From an uncultured Desulfocapsaceae bacterium (GTDB taxonomy: Bacteria; Desulfobacterota; Desulfobulbia; Desulfobulbales; Desulfocapsaceae): 54,227 nt of DNA. The position numbers were made by a program, and so were the translations under genes. The notes below the pieces were generated by a model, which made no database searches, was not told the DNA's origin, and saw only the letters and a list, made by a program, of their open reading frames with translations. The stretch is from NCBI GenBank assembly GCA_964637245.1, contig CAZWVC010000001.1, positions 1 to 54,227 of the forward strand, written 5' to 3'. Shown here piece by piece: positions 36,833 to 47,161 of this stretch. Each line of letters opens with the position of its first letter. Position 1 is the first letter of the stretch.

Positions 36833-38611
36833 ATGAAAGTACTTGTAATTGGTTCAGGAGGTCGTGAACACTCTCTCGTCTGGAAAATCAACCAGAGCCA
36901 GAAAGTAGAAAAAATCTACTGTGCACCTGGCAACGCCGGAATTAAGAAACTAGCAGAATGCGTTGATATATCAGCTACCGATGTAGATGGATTGGTAGAA
37001 TTTGCGAAAATCAAACAGATAGATCTAGCGGTTGTTGGGCCTGAATCATCACTTGTCGCAGGTATCGTTGATGCTTTTGAGAAAAACAATTTTCGAATTT
37101 TTGGTCCAAACCAGAAAAGTGCTATTCTTGAAGGTAGTAAAGTCTTCACTAAAGAATTCCTGAAAAAATACAAAATCCCCTCAGCTGACTTTAAGGTTTT
37201 TAAAGATAAGAAAAAAGCAAAAAAATATATCGAGAAGAAGGGTGCCCCAATAGTTGTTAAAGCTGATGGACTCGCTGCAGGTAAGGGTGTTATAGTTGCT
37301 GCCACTGTTGAAGAGGCTAAAAATGCAGTTGATCTCATTATGACCCAAAAGGCGTTCGGTGATGCCGGTGATAGGGTTGTGGTTGAAGCATGTCTTGTTG
37401 GCGAAGAGGCCTCATTCATTGCCTTTACTGATGGAAAAACAATATTGCCACTGCCTACGTCCCAAGATCACAAAGCAATTTACGAAGGAGATAAGGGTCC
37501 TAACACTGGAGGCATGGGTGCCTATTCTCCTGCTCCTGTAGTGACCCCAGAAATTGCAGATTATGTCATGAAGGAAATAATGTTGCCAACGGTAAAAGGG
37601 CTCGCCAAAGAAGGACGACCATACAAAGGTATGCTTTATGCTGGATTAATGATTGAGGAAAATCAAATTAATGTTCTTGAATTTAATTGCCGATTTGGTG
37701 ATCCTGAGGCACAGCCTTTACTGATGCGCTTAAAGAGTGATTTGATTGAAATCCTGGAAGCATGCATCGATGGAAATCTCGATAAAGTAGAAATGAAGAT
37801 TGATCCTCGACCAACCGTGTGTGTTGTAATTTCGTCCGGTGGTTATCCAGGAAGTTACGAGACGGGAAAACAAATTAGAGGTTTGAGTGGTGCATCAAAA
37901 GTCCAAGGTGTTGAGGTTTTTCATGCTGGTACAGCAATCAAAAATCGCAGAACTGTGAGCAGCGGAGGACGGGTTCTAGGGGTTACGGCAGTTGGCAAAG
38001 ATCTAGAGACAGCTATTTCGAGGGCGTACAAGTCTGTAGCCCAGATTTCATGGACAGGTTCATATTATAGAAGTGATATTGGAGCAAAAGCACTGAGACG
38101 TAAGGAAAGCCAAAAGAATGTTCCTTTGGTCGGAATTGTTATGGGAAGTGATAGTGACCTTCCCGCAATGAAAGCTGCTGCAACTTTCCTAAAGGGAATG
38201 GCAATTCCCTATGAAATAACAGTTGCATCTGCCCATCGAACACCAGCACGCGCTACCAAATGGGCTGAAACAGCTCAAAAAAGGGGCCTAAAAGTTATTA
38301 TTGCTGGAGCCGGTATGGCTGCTCATTTAGCCGGAGTCCTATCTGCCCACACTGATTTACCAGTAATCGGTGTTCCTTTAGATGCATCTTCTCTCAATGG
38401 CCTAGACGCGCTTCTCGCCACAGTGCAAATGCCACCAGGTATACCCGTTGCAACCATGGGGATTGGCAAGTCAGGTGCTAAAAATGCAGCAGTATTAGCC
38501 ACCCGAATTTTGGCTTTATCAGACTCTAAACTTGCTGAAAAACTTCTGAAGTACAGAGCCTCAATGGAAAAAGAGGTCGAAGAAAAGGCTAAAGAAATTG
38601 AAAAACAGTAA
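36833..38611 (+). CDS. purD: Fused phosphoribosylamine-glycine ligase (PurD) and N5-CAIR mutase (PurE)
   Basis: GSGGREH, KADGLAAGKGV, GPNTGGMGAY, EFNCRFGDPE, then MGSDSD, SAHRTP, AGMAAHL, VQMPPGIPVAT. Confidence 0.93.
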   Translation: MKVLVIGSGGREHSLVWKINQSQKVEKIYCAPGNAGIKKLAECVDISATDVDGLVEFAKIKQIDLAVVGPESSLVAGIVDAFEKNNFRIFGPNQKSAILEGSKVFTKEFLKKYKIPSADFKVFKDKKKAKKYIEKKGAPIVVKADGLAAGKGVIVAATVEEAKNAVDLIMTQKAFGDAGDRVVVEACLVGEEASFIAFTDGKTILPLPTSQDHKAIYEGDKGPNTGGMGAYSPAPVVTPEIADYVMKEIMLPTVKGLAKEGRPYKGMLYAGLMIEENQINVLEFNCRFGDPEAQPLLMRLKSDLIEILEACIDGNLDKVEMKIDPRPTVCVVISSGGYPGSYETGKQIRGLSGASKVQGVEVFHAGTAIKNRRTVSSGGRVLGVTAVGKDLETAISRAYKSVAQISWTGSYYRSDIGAKALRRKESQKNVPLVGIVMGSDSDLPAMKAAATFLKGMAIPYEITVASAHRTPARATKWAETAQKRGLKVIIAGAGMAAHLAGVLSAHTDLPVIGVPLDASSLNGLDALLATVQMPPGIPVATMGIGKSGAKNAAVLATRILALSDSKLAEKLLKYRASMEKEVEEKAKEIEKQ

Positions 38612-38612
38612 T

Positions 38613-39236
38613 ATGACCAACCGCCTGTCTGAAGCAGAATTCAAGCAGGCGGTTACCTGTATTTTAAAGGGCGGAGTGATTTCCTTCCCTACCGAAACCT
38701 ATTATGGTATAGGTGTTGACCCCTTTAATGACGCAGCTGTCGAGAAGCTTTATGCTCTCAAGGGCAGACGTCGTGACAAGCCTATATCCTTAATAGTTTC
38801 AAATACAAAGATGCTCAGCCAACTCACTGATGCTATCCCATATCAGTATGCTCCATTGATTTCAGCTTATTGGCCCGGACCACTGACTCTAATTTTCCCG
38901 GCTAAAAAGGAGATAAATCCATTGCTCACTGGTGGAACAGGCACCATCGGTGTAAGAGTATCCTCTCACCCCACTGCAAGTTTACTTTGTGATTACCTCA
39001 ATGGACCGCTTACTGCTACTAGCGCTAACATTTCAGGCAAGATTCCAGCGAAGAATGTGCATGAAGTGTTTCGCTATTTTGGCAATAAAATAAATTTCAT
39101 TTGCAAAGGGAGCCCATCTAAGGCGACTACATGTTCGACAATTGTGCGACTTGAGAGTGAAAAATTACGGTTGCTTCGTAAAGGAGAAATACCTTTCGAT
39201 GCTATTTTAAAAAAGTCTCAAGAATCCCATAGATAG
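38613..39236 (+). CDS. tsaC: L-threonylcarbamoyladenylate synthase (TsaC/YrdC)
   Basis: FPTETYYG, LKGR...KP, WPGPLT, TSANISG, STIV. Confidence 0.93.
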   Translation: MTNRLSEAEFKQAVTCILKGGVISFPTETYYGIGVDPFNDAAVEKLYALKGRRRDKPISLIVSNTKMLSQLTDAIPYQYAPLISAYWPGPLTLIFPAKKEINPLLTGGTGTIGVRVSSHPTASLLCDYLNGPLTATSANISGKIPAKNVHEVFRYFGNKINFICKGSPSKATTCSTIVRLESEKLRLLRKGEIPFDAILKKSQESHR

Positions 39237-39389
39237 TTTTTTCTTTGCTCACAAGCTGGTTGTTTAAGTATTATTTTTTTGAAAAACAGTTGGTTTTCCT
39301 ATATTCTTCAATATAACACCTCGAAACGAACGAAATATTGAATTGTAATTAAAATTCAATTTGCATAATATTCTCAAACGGGTACATAC

Positions 39390-39713
39390 ATGAATAAATT
39401 GAATTGGAATAAGGCTTTCGCACTTGAACAAGCTGCTGATGACGCTGAGTTGCTCAAAGAGCTTATAGATATTTTCAAAGACTCCTGTGTTGGGGACTAT
39501 GCTGCAATTCAAGATGGTCTCAAATCTGCGGATTCAGAAATGATTTGTGCTGCAGCCCACTCTATCAAAGGGGCCGCAGCAAGTCTTGGAATTGAAGCGA
39601 TACGCGATGTAGCGCTTGATATGGAAACGGATAGCAGAAACGGTTCCCTAACGGTAACAGAGAGTCGAATTGCTGAACTAGATGATCTGCTCCAGTTACT
39701 GCAAGAACTTTAA
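39390..39713 (+). CDS. Stand-alone Hpt phosphotransfer protein
   Basis: AAHSIKGAAASLG. Confidence 0.9.
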   Translation: MNKLNWNKAFALEQAADDAELLKELIDIFKDSCVGDYAAIQDGLKSADSEMICAAAHSIKGAAASLGIEAIRDVALDMETDSRNGSLTVTESRIAELDDLLQLLQEL

Positions 39714-39760
39714 ATCCTAATGAGAAATCCTTAACCCAATCGTTTACAGCGAATAGCTAC

Positions 39761-41443
39761 CTACCGTGTCAGCTGGCGATATTTAATGCGTTTAGGTATA
39801 TCAGCATCTGCGCCCAAACGGGCTTTTTTGTCCTTCTCATAATCAGAGTAATTGCCTTCGAACCAAACAACTTGAGAATTACCTTCAAAAGCTAAAATAT
39901 GCGTAGCAATACGATCCAAGAACCATCTATCATGGCTGATAATAACAGCGCAACCAGCAAAGTTTTCCATTGCTTCTTCCAGAGCTCTAAGAGTATTTAC
40001 ATCTAAATCGTTGGTCGGTTCGTCAAGGAGAAGCACATTTCCACCTTCCTTCAACATTTTCGCAAGATGCACTCGATTTCGTTGTCCACCCGAGAGGAGT
40101 CCGACTTTCTTTTGCTGATCAGACCCGGAAAAGTTAAATTTCCCCACATATGCTCTGCTGTTTACTTCTTTGGTACCAAGCCAGATCGTATCCTGATTAT
40201 CAGATATTGATTGCCAGATAGTTTGTTCTGGGTCAAGATTATCTCTTTCCTGGTCCACATAGGAAAGTTTGACTGAATCACCCAATCTGATAATCCCACC
40301 ATCTGGACTATCTTGCCCAGTGATCATTTTAAATAATGTCGATTTGCCTGCGCCATTTGGTCCTATCACTCCAACAATAGCACCAGCTGGAAGGGTAAAA
40401 TTCATGTCATCAATCAATAATCTGTCGTCAAAAGCCTTCTTAAGATTTGTAGCCTCTATAACAACTTTACCTAACCTTGGACCAGGTGGAATGAATATTT
40501 CGAGATCTCCAGCAACCTTTTCTACCTCCTGAGATATCAACTTGTCATAGGAGCTTATCCTCGCCTTAGATTTACTCCTTTTTCCTTTAGGAGACATACG
40601 GATCCATTCAATTTCTCGTTGGAGTGTTCTTCGTCTTTGGGTTTCTTTTTTCTCTTGCTGAGCAAGGCGTTTCTCCTTTTGTTCTAACCAAGAAGAATAA
40701 TTACCTTTCCAGGGTATTCCCACACCTCTATCGAGTTCAAGAATCCAGCCGGCAACATTATCGAGAAAATATCTATCGTGGGTAACAGCGATTACTGTTC
40801 CTTCATATGCTTGAAGATGATGTTCTAACCAGGCAACAGATTCAGCATCAAGGTGGTTGGTAGGTTCATCAAGGAGTAAAATATCTGGCTTTTTCAAAAG
40901 GATTCGACATAGCGCAACTCTGCGTTTTTCACCCCCAGATAAATTCCTACATTTCATTTCCGAAGGAGGGCAGCGCAGGGCATCCATTGCCATAGAGAGC
41001 TTGCTGTCGATGTCCCATGCTGAAAGATTGTCAAGTTTTTCCTGAACCTCTGCTTGACGCTCGATGAGTTGCTGCATTTCATCATCGGACATTGGTTCTG
41101 CAAATTTATCGTTGATCTGATTAAATTCATTCAGAAGACCTACTGTTTCTGCAACACCTTCTTCAACGATATCTTTAACACTCTTGCTGGGATCTAGCTC
41201 GGGTTCCTGCTCAAGGAGTTCAACAGTTAAACCGGGCGACAAAACAGTTTTACCGTTAAACTCTGTATCAACGCCAGCAAGAATTCGAAGTAGAGTGCTT
41301 TTACCTGAGCCATTTAGCCCTAATACACCAATTTTGGCGCCATAAAAGTATGATAGGGAAATATCTTTAATTACAGGTTTATTATCATAAATTTTACTTA
41401 CTTTTATCATCGAATAGATGATTTTATTGTCTTCATTTGGCAT
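39761..41443 (-). CDS. ettA: Energy-dependent translational throttle EttA (ABC-F)
   Basis: GAKIGVLGLNGSGKST, LSGGEKRRVAL, WILELDRG, IPPGPRLG, RIKYRQLTR. Confidence 0.96.
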   Translation of the reverse strand: MPNEDNKIIYSMIKVSKIYDNKPVIKDISLSYFYGAKIGVLGLNGSGKSTLLRILAGVDTEFNGKTVLSPGLTVELLEQEPELDPSKSVKDIVEEGVAETVGLLNEFNQINDKFAEPMSDDEMQQLIERQAEVQEKLDNLSAWDIDSKLSMAMDALRCPPSEMKCRNLSGGEKRRVALCRILLKKPDILLLDEPTNHLDAESVAWLEHHLQAYEGTVIAVTHDRYFLDNVAGWILELDRGVGIPWKGNYSSWLEQKEKRLAQQEKKETQRRRTLQREIEWIRMSPKGKRSKSKARISSYDKLISQEVEKVAGDLEIFIPPGPRLGKVVIEATNLKKAFDDRLLIDDMNFTLPAGAIVGVIGPNGAGKSTLFKMITGQDSPDGGIIRLGDSVKLSYVDQERDNLDPEQTIWQSISDNQDTIWLGTKEVNSRAYVGKFNFSGSDQQKKVGLLSGGQRNRVHLAKMLKEGGNVLLLDEPTNDLDVNTLRALEEAMENFAGCAVIISHDRWFLDRIATHILAFEGNSQVVWFEGNYSDYEKDKKARLGADADIPKRIKYRQLTR

Positions 41444-41972
41444 ACTGCATTCTCCGGTTAGATTTATTCCAACTTTAAAATAATTAGCGGATATGTTCAG
41501 GGGGATTCTGTTTTATTCGGTATTAATTTAATGAACTTCAAATAAAAATAGCTCTACAGGCAAACTCCCTCTCAGTTCTTTCAGATTTTTGTATAACCAC
41601 AGCTCCATATAGCACTCCCCACCTTATCTATTTCATGGATGGTTCAAATATAAAAGCTGATCTATTTATGCATTTATTTTCTTACAACATCAAGATTAAA
41701 ACGACTATAGTTAAACCCAACGGCTAGTATTTAAAATAGACTCAACTATTATTTCTCCATACCAAGCTGTTAAGTGTGAGCAGTAACTGGCAAAAATGAA
41801 ATGCTTATTTCACTGTGTTTGAAAAACCAGCTGCTCAGTAGAGAGCTATGATAGCAAAAGTGAAGAAAGACAATCTTTATGGGCGTGAAGGCGATGAGAG
41901 AATCAGGAGATACAAAAAAAGAGCTAATATAAAAAGTACTTAAACCACGAAGGTTTGCTTGTTTGATTTGTT

Positions 41973-42602
41973 TTATGATTTATTTTGTTGGAGTTTAAGT
42001 AGATATAAATAAAACCCATTAACTTTACCGATCAAGTTGTACGTCTCGCTGTAAGGAGCAGGCATGCCAATCTTTAGGGAATCGACATTTTCACCGGCAT
42101 TCCAGGCCGAGACAACCAAATCAAGCTTACCGTCGAAACGATAATTATATTTAGAGATTAGATAACAGGTAAGAAGAATATTTATAGCAGGGTCAAAAAG
42201 ATCCTCTGCCGATAAATTTTGAAGTTTGCGATTATTGAGGTATCTAAATTTTCTTCCTGAAAGATATAAATCCTTAGCTGCTTCTTTTCCTGTAGAATGA
42301 ATTATCTGGCCAAGACCCATGGCTTTTTTGGTAGAAACAGCATATTTATTAGCATCTGATTCAGCTAGTATAAGTGCCTTAATAAAATCCGGACTAACTT
42401 TATACCGTGGTCTGAAGTAGGAAAAACTACTGAAATAATGGATAAGATGGCTGTATTTTTCAACCCGATGTAATTGCTCTCGCGATATCTTTACATCATT
42501 GTACTTTCTCACATATGAAGAAAGCTCAGCGTGTCCCACCCCAGGAAGTAAAAGTGTTCCTATTGTTAACAATAGGATTATTTCACCAATGAATCTTCTC
42601 AT
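41973..42602 (-). CDS. Secreted lytic transglycosylase (SLT domain)
   Basis: Signal peptide, ILAESD..KYAVS.KKAMGLGQI, LFDP.IN, AWNAG, ET..LI.KV. Confidence 0.85.
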   Translation of the reverse strand: MRRFIGEIILLLTIGTLLLPGVGHAELSSYVRKYNDVKISREQLHRVEKYSHLIHYFSSFSYFRPRYKVSPDFIKALILAESDANKYAVSTKKAMGLGQIIHSTGKEAAKDLYLSGRKFRYLNNRKLQNLSAEDLFDPAINILLTCYLISKYNYRFDGKLDLVVSAWNAGENVDSLKIGMPAPYSETYNLIGKVNGFYLYLLKLQQNKS

Positions 42603-42603
42603 C

Positions 42604-43899
42604 TTAGCAAACTGCAGGAATACAATCTCTGGTAATAAAGTGTTGGATAGCTTTAAGCAACAGGTATGGATCGAGGCTACCTGTTAATTCTCGAATTGAA
42701 TGCATTGCCAAACTTGGTGCGCCAATATCAATTGCCTGAAGTCCTAATTTGGCAGATGTCATAGGTCCAATAGTGGACCCGCAAGGCATATCGTTTCTCA
42801 TGACAAATTCCTGATAAGGAACCTTTACTTCATTACACAGGAATTTGAAAATAGCATTAGACTGGCTATTGGATGTATACCTTTTGTTAGCATTTATCTT
42901 AATCACTGGGCCTTCGTTTAGGGAAATACTATGACCTGAATCATGTTTTTCTGGATGGTTTGGGTGGGTTGCATGAGCATTATCAACTGATATGAAGAAT
43001 GAATTGGCCAATATTTGCTGTCTTTTGTTATTCTCTGGATAAAGTCGCTCAAAGATAGCCTCAAGAAGATTGCCTTGGGCACCAGCAGATGTTGTAGAGC
43101 CAACCTCTTCATGATTGTTGCATACCAACATAAAACTATTGTTATTATCCGCCTTGGTTATCGCAGTTAAGATTATATAGCAGCTCAAAAGATTATCCAA
43201 TCTACTGCTTAAAATTAACTCACCATTGATACCAACGTGGCATGGAGTGTGATAATCATAAAGAAAAAGATCATAGCTCAGTAATTCAGACAAAGAGTTA
43301 CCTACTTGCTTTTCAAGGTGTTTTTTGAGAAATTGCTTGAAATCTAGTTTTTTCGAGTTGTTTAGACCAATTAGCGGAACAACATCTTTTTGTTGGTTGA
43401 TTGTCTTATCTTTATTTGCATTTCTATCTAGATGAATAGCTACACTCGGGATAACAGCAATGGGTTGAGCGAGATCTATGAACTGTTTGTGAATTCTATT
43501 GTCTTCTGACCGATATATTACCCTACCGGCAATTGAAAGTTCTCGATCAAACCAAGGGTTGAGAAGAGCGCCACCATAGACCTCTACTCCAATTTTGTGA
43601 TATGAATTTTCGAATATATCAGCACTTGGCTTAATTTGCAAACAAGGGCTGTCTGTATGGGAACCAAGGATTCTATATTCATCTTCATTTTTTTTACCTT
43701 TATTAAAGGCAATTATGGTACCATCATCCCTGATCACAAAACTGGGTTGAGCTTGCTTAACCTTCCACTTTTTTCTCTCGCTCAACTCTGTAAAACCCGC
43801 TTTGACAAGAGTTGAGCGGATTGTATCTGCAGCGTGAAATGGGGTTGGAGATTTGGCTATAAAAGAAAAAAGGTTTCGGTTAACTGTTTTGGAGTTCAT
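42604..43899 (-). CDS. M18-family aminopeptidase
   Basis: SPTPFHA, HTDSP, RLDNL, HEEVGS, DNAHA.HPN, CGSTIGP, AMHSIRE. Confidence 0.95.
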   Translation of the reverse strand: MNSKTVNRNLFSFIAKSPTPFHAADTIRSTLVKAGFTELSERKKWKVKQAQPSFVIRDDGTIIAFNKGKKNEDEYRILGSHTDSPCLQIKPSADIFENSYHKIGVEVYGGALLNPWFDRELSIAGRVIYRSEDNRIHKQFIDLAQPIAVIPSVAIHLDRNANKDKTINQQKDVVPLIGLNNSKKLDFKQFLKKHLEKQVGNSLSELLSYDLFLYDYHTPCHVGINGELILSSRLDNLLSCYIILTAITKADNNNSFMLVCNNHEEVGSTTSAGAQGNLLEAIFERLYPENNKRQQILANSFFISVDNAHATHPNHPEKHDSGHSISLNEGPVIKINANKRYTSNSQSNAIFKFLCNEVKVPYQEFVMRNDMPCGSTIGPMTSAKLGLQAIDIGAPSLAMHSIRELTGSLDPYLLLKAIQHFITRDCIPAVC

Positions 43900-43941
43900 G
43901 TCTACAGCAAGTCGTTTGACTAATTTTAAATTCTGTATGCG

Positions 43942-44688
43942 CTATACGATATTAGCCGTATAGGCACTTAATATCATACGTCTGGAGTTTTGGATGACAG
44001 GTGTTTGAGAAGCTGTAAGGTCTGACATGTTATCTTCTTTCTGTGGAGATATGTCAGGAGAATTTGATTCAGCCTTCTCAGATTCACTGCTTTGAGTTGC
44101 GGTCTTAGCTTGTTCTTCCTGTAGTTCTCTTGTTGCCTGATTTGTAAACATTGCAGCTCGAGCAGCAATTCTTCGGTCAGCGGCTGAAGGGTTTGCCGGT
44201 GCCAAAGCTGCACGTGCAACAATTTGCATTTTTTGAATGGTTTCCTCTGGGGTTGCTTCCTTGCTCATATCAATGGGTACTTCTCCACCAACAGCATATC
44301 TTTTTCCATTTGGACCTACTTCATATGTATAACTTGGGCCTCCAGCGACATGATGGCCTGCGACTGCCTGATGTGCCTGCTCATGCGCCCTTACTTCTGC
44401 ATCCCTTTTTTGCAGTTTCTGAATATGCTGTAATTTTTCAACAGATATGCCCTCTTCACTATTATTTACCTGCGAACCGGGTTGTTGTTCTTGGATAGTT
44501 GATGAATCCTTCTGGCTGCTAGACGAAGTGACTCTGGCCTTTTTCGATAGTGAAATCTTATCACCAGGAAATGATGTGTCTTGTTCAACTACTTGCGTAG
44601 TTGCAGTATTTGCTTGATTTTTGCTAAGTATGTTTTCAGCAGAATAAAGCTGGAATTGGGGTGTCGAATGAATTGTATTATTTTCCAT
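43942..44688 (-). CDS. SprA-related (putative HExxH metalloprotease) protein
   Basis: RDAEVRAHEQAH, Y.VGPNG.RYAVGGEV.ID, AALAPANPS.ADRRIA. Start placed at ATG 44688. Confidence 0.8.
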   Translation of the reverse strand: MENNTIHSTPQFQLYSAENILSKNQANTATTQVVEQDTSFPGDKISLSKKARVTSSSSQKDSSTIQEQQPGSQVNNSEEGISVEKLQHIQKLQKRDAEVRAHEQAHQAVAGHHVAGGPSYTYEVGPNGKRYAVGGEVPIDMSKEATPEETIQKMQIVARAALAPANPSAADRRIAARAAMFTNQATRELQEEQAKTATQSSESEKAESNSPDISPQKEDNMSDLTASQTPVIQNSRRMILSAYTANIV

Positions 44689-44834
44689 AGCCCTTATATA
44701 AAATGAACTGCTGTTATTTAACACCCCCAAGTAAAATATTACCTTACTTCCTCTCCAAATGCAAATAGGTGTTGGAAGTACATTGTGTTTTGTTCAATAC
44801 CAAGTGATATATATTTTTACTCGTTACAATAAAT

Positions 44835-45863
44835 CTATTGATATTCTTCTTTAAGAGTATATAGCTTATCGAGGTAAGTATCTTGAAGTTGGAGTGTATT
44901 TGAAGTTGACTCCATTTCCGTGATGAGTTGATCAATCGCAGTTTTTATCTCTATGCCATGTCGATTACTGGCATTTTTATTCGCTTTGTCAACCAATAGA
45001 ATAGCATAGTAACTAACCACCATTCTTGACATAGAGTCACGTCTGAACATATACAGTCTCCCACCCATAGTACTAAGGAAGAATCCTGCGTAGTCATAAA
45101 GTGATTCTGCCTGCACCCGAAGAGCAAAACTCTCTTGTGGGCAGGCAGGTGTGTGCAATAGTGAATAAAAATGTGAAAGCACATTTTCAAATTTATCTTT
45201 CTCTTGATCTAATATACCTTTGATAACAAGGATATTCTCTTTACCAATAAGTCTAAAAAAATGAGCCGTATTCTGAAGTATTGCATAGAGGTCATTCATT
45301 TCACCACTAACGATTGGTGGGTTATCGATTAATTTCTGAATAAGTTTAGTAAAATGTATCTCACTTGACGTCTTCAACCCGAAAACTTGCATATATTCTT
45401 GGGTGTCTAAATGTTCATAAAAGTTCTTTATTATTTCTGCGGAGTCGCTGCATATTTCATCAAATAGCGTTGCTTCGCCAGAAGCTACCTTTTGGTTTTC
45501 CTGAAGATCAATACTATCCTGCGATTGAAGAGACTCATCCTGAGCCGACGCAAGATCAAAAGTGGTGGATTCTGGCGATAATTTTTGTATAGACTCAGTG
45601 CCTTTAGATAAAGGATCCGGCACAGATACAAGTTCATCAGAGCCAGCGATTCTTGGCGTTTTCTCAGGAATTGAAACCACTTGTTCGAATGCTTTTTCCG
45701 ATGGTGATTCGTCGGTTGAGATCTCTTTAAAAGTACCTTGATGCCAAAAGAAAAATCCAAATGCCAGCACTATGATGACACTAAGTACTATAATTTTAGA
45801 TATAGAGGTGTTTTTATGACGTACTTTTTTCTTTCGTGGCGTATCAGTTTTTTTAACTTTCAT
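44835..45863 (-). CDS. Hypothetical membrane-anchored protein
   Basis: Basic N-terminus, single TM, low-complexity linker, helical C-terminal domain. No family recognised. Confidence 0.7.
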   Translation of the reverse strand: MKVKKTDTPRKKKVRHKNTSISKIIVLSVIIVLAFGFFFWHQGTFKEISTDESPSEKAFEQVVSIPEKTPRIAGSDELVSVPDPLSKGTESIQKLSPESTTFDLASAQDESLQSQDSIDLQENQKVASGEATLFDEICSDSAEIIKNFYEHLDTQEYMQVFGLKTSSEIHFTKLIQKLIDNPPIVSGEMNDLYAILQNTAHFFRLIGKENILVIKGILDQEKDKFENVLSHFYSLLHTPACPQESFALRVQAESLYDYAGFFLSTMGGRLYMFRRDSMSRMVVSYYAILLVDKANKNASNRHGIEIKTAIDQLITEMESTSNTLQLQDTYLDKLYTLKEEYQ

Positions 45864-46048
45864 GGTATGACTTAATTGAAAATTAAACTACTGCAGATGA
45901 TCCCTTTACAGAAAAAGATATACTTCACTCAGATGATAATGTCACCAAAGATAAATGTATTTTTTGAGGAAGTTAAAGAGCAAAAAACATACGATGAGCT
46001 GAATGTCTTGCATAAAATTGTGAAAAAAGGTTGAGCTACTTTTTATGC

Positions 46049-46077
46049 TTGACTCAACAGAACAGAGGCACTAATTT
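46049..46077 (+). promoter_or_regulatory. sigma70 promoter for ppaC
   Basis: TTGACT-N17-TAATTT. Confidence 0.5.
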
Positions 46078-46167
46078 AACCTGTCAAAATTTGTTTTATA
46101 TTGTTTACTCCTTAAGTGGGTAATCGACTATCTCTAAAAGAGAATAATAAAATCCGGAGGAAAAATT

Positions 46168-47097
46168 ATGACAATTTGCGTTGTGGGACATTCAAATCCT
46201 GATACCGATTCCGTTACTGCAGCAATAGGCCTAGCAACTTTTCTCAAAGCTCAAGGGCAGGATGCCAAAGCATGTATGCAAAGTGATGCAGCTAGTCTGA
46301 ATCCTGAATCAAAGATGGTGTTAGATAGATTCGGTTTGGCTGCACCTGAAGAAATTACTGATGCTGCAGGGAAGAAAGTTGCTCTGGTAGATTTTAGTGA
46401 TGTAGCCCAAGCTCCTGCCAATATTGGCGACGCAGAAGTAGTAACAATTGTAGATCACCATAAAATTGGTGATGTTACCACTAACAATCCAATACTTTTT
46501 CGCAATGAGCCAGTGGGCTGTACCGGAACAGTACTCACCAAGATGTTCAAAGATGCAAATTTAGCGATCCCTAAAGAAGTAGCGGGTGGAATGCTTGCTG
46601 CAATTTTAAGTGATACCGTTAATTTTAAGTCCCCAACATGTACTGAAGATGACAAGGTTGCCGTTGCAGAGCTAAAAGAAATTGCAGGCGTAACTGACAC
46701 AGAAGAGCTTTTCATGGCAATGCTTAAGGCGAAGTCTTCCGTAGATGGTGTTCCTGCAAAAGATCTTTTGTTCCGTGACTATAAAGATTTTGACATGAAA
46801 GGCAATAAAGTTGGTGTTGGTCAGCTTGAGCTTGCCACACTTGACCAGGTGGCTGATATTCGTGATGATCTGCTTGCAGCGATGAAAGAGGTTAAAGCAG
46901 ATGGTCGCCATTCAGTTCTTCTGATGCTCACCGATGTTGTTAAAGAAGGAACTGACCTTGTTGTGGTTTCCGATGATGCTGCTTTGATTGAAGGAGCATT
47001 TGATGGAAAGCTTGACGGCACTTCAATGTGGGTAGATGGTATGATGAGCCGCAAAAAGCAGACTGTTCCAAATTTGCAAAACGCCTTTGGTTGCTAA
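46168..47097 (+). CDS. ppaC: Manganese-dependent family II inorganic pyrophosphatase
   Basis: GHSNPDTDS, VDHH, AILSDT..FKSPT, DYK.F, SRKKQ. No CBS insert. Confidence 0.96.
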   Translation: MTICVVGHSNPDTDSVTAAIGLATFLKAQGQDAKACMQSDAASLNPESKMVLDRFGLAAPEEITDAAGKKVALVDFSDVAQAPANIGDAEVVTIVDHHKIGDVTTNNPILFRNEPVGCTGTVLTKMFKDANLAIPKEVAGGMLAAILSDTVNFKSPTCTEDDKVAVAELKEIAGVTDTEELFMAMLKAKSSVDGVPAKDLLFRDYKDFDMKGNKVGVGQLELATLDQVADIRDDLLAAMKEVKADGRHSVLLMLTDVVKEGTDLVVVSDDAALIEGAFDGKLDGTSMWVDGMMSRKKQTVPNLQNAFGC

Positions 47098-47113
47098 GTA
47101 AAGCAATTTTTTT

Positions 47114-47155
47114 ATCAAAGAAGCTGGGGCGAGCAATCGACTCAGCTTCTTTGAT
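47114..47155. terminator. Probable bidirectional terminator between convergent genes
   Basis: ATCAAAGAAGCTG...CAGCTTCTTTGAT perfect 13-bp stem. Confidence 0.7.
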
Positions 47156-47161
47156 GACTAG

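Noticed and set aside
46010-46040. Rex-like site upstream of ppaC (TTGTGAAAAAAGGTTGAG)
   Set aside because: Only one half-site matches TTGTGAA-N4-TTCACAA.
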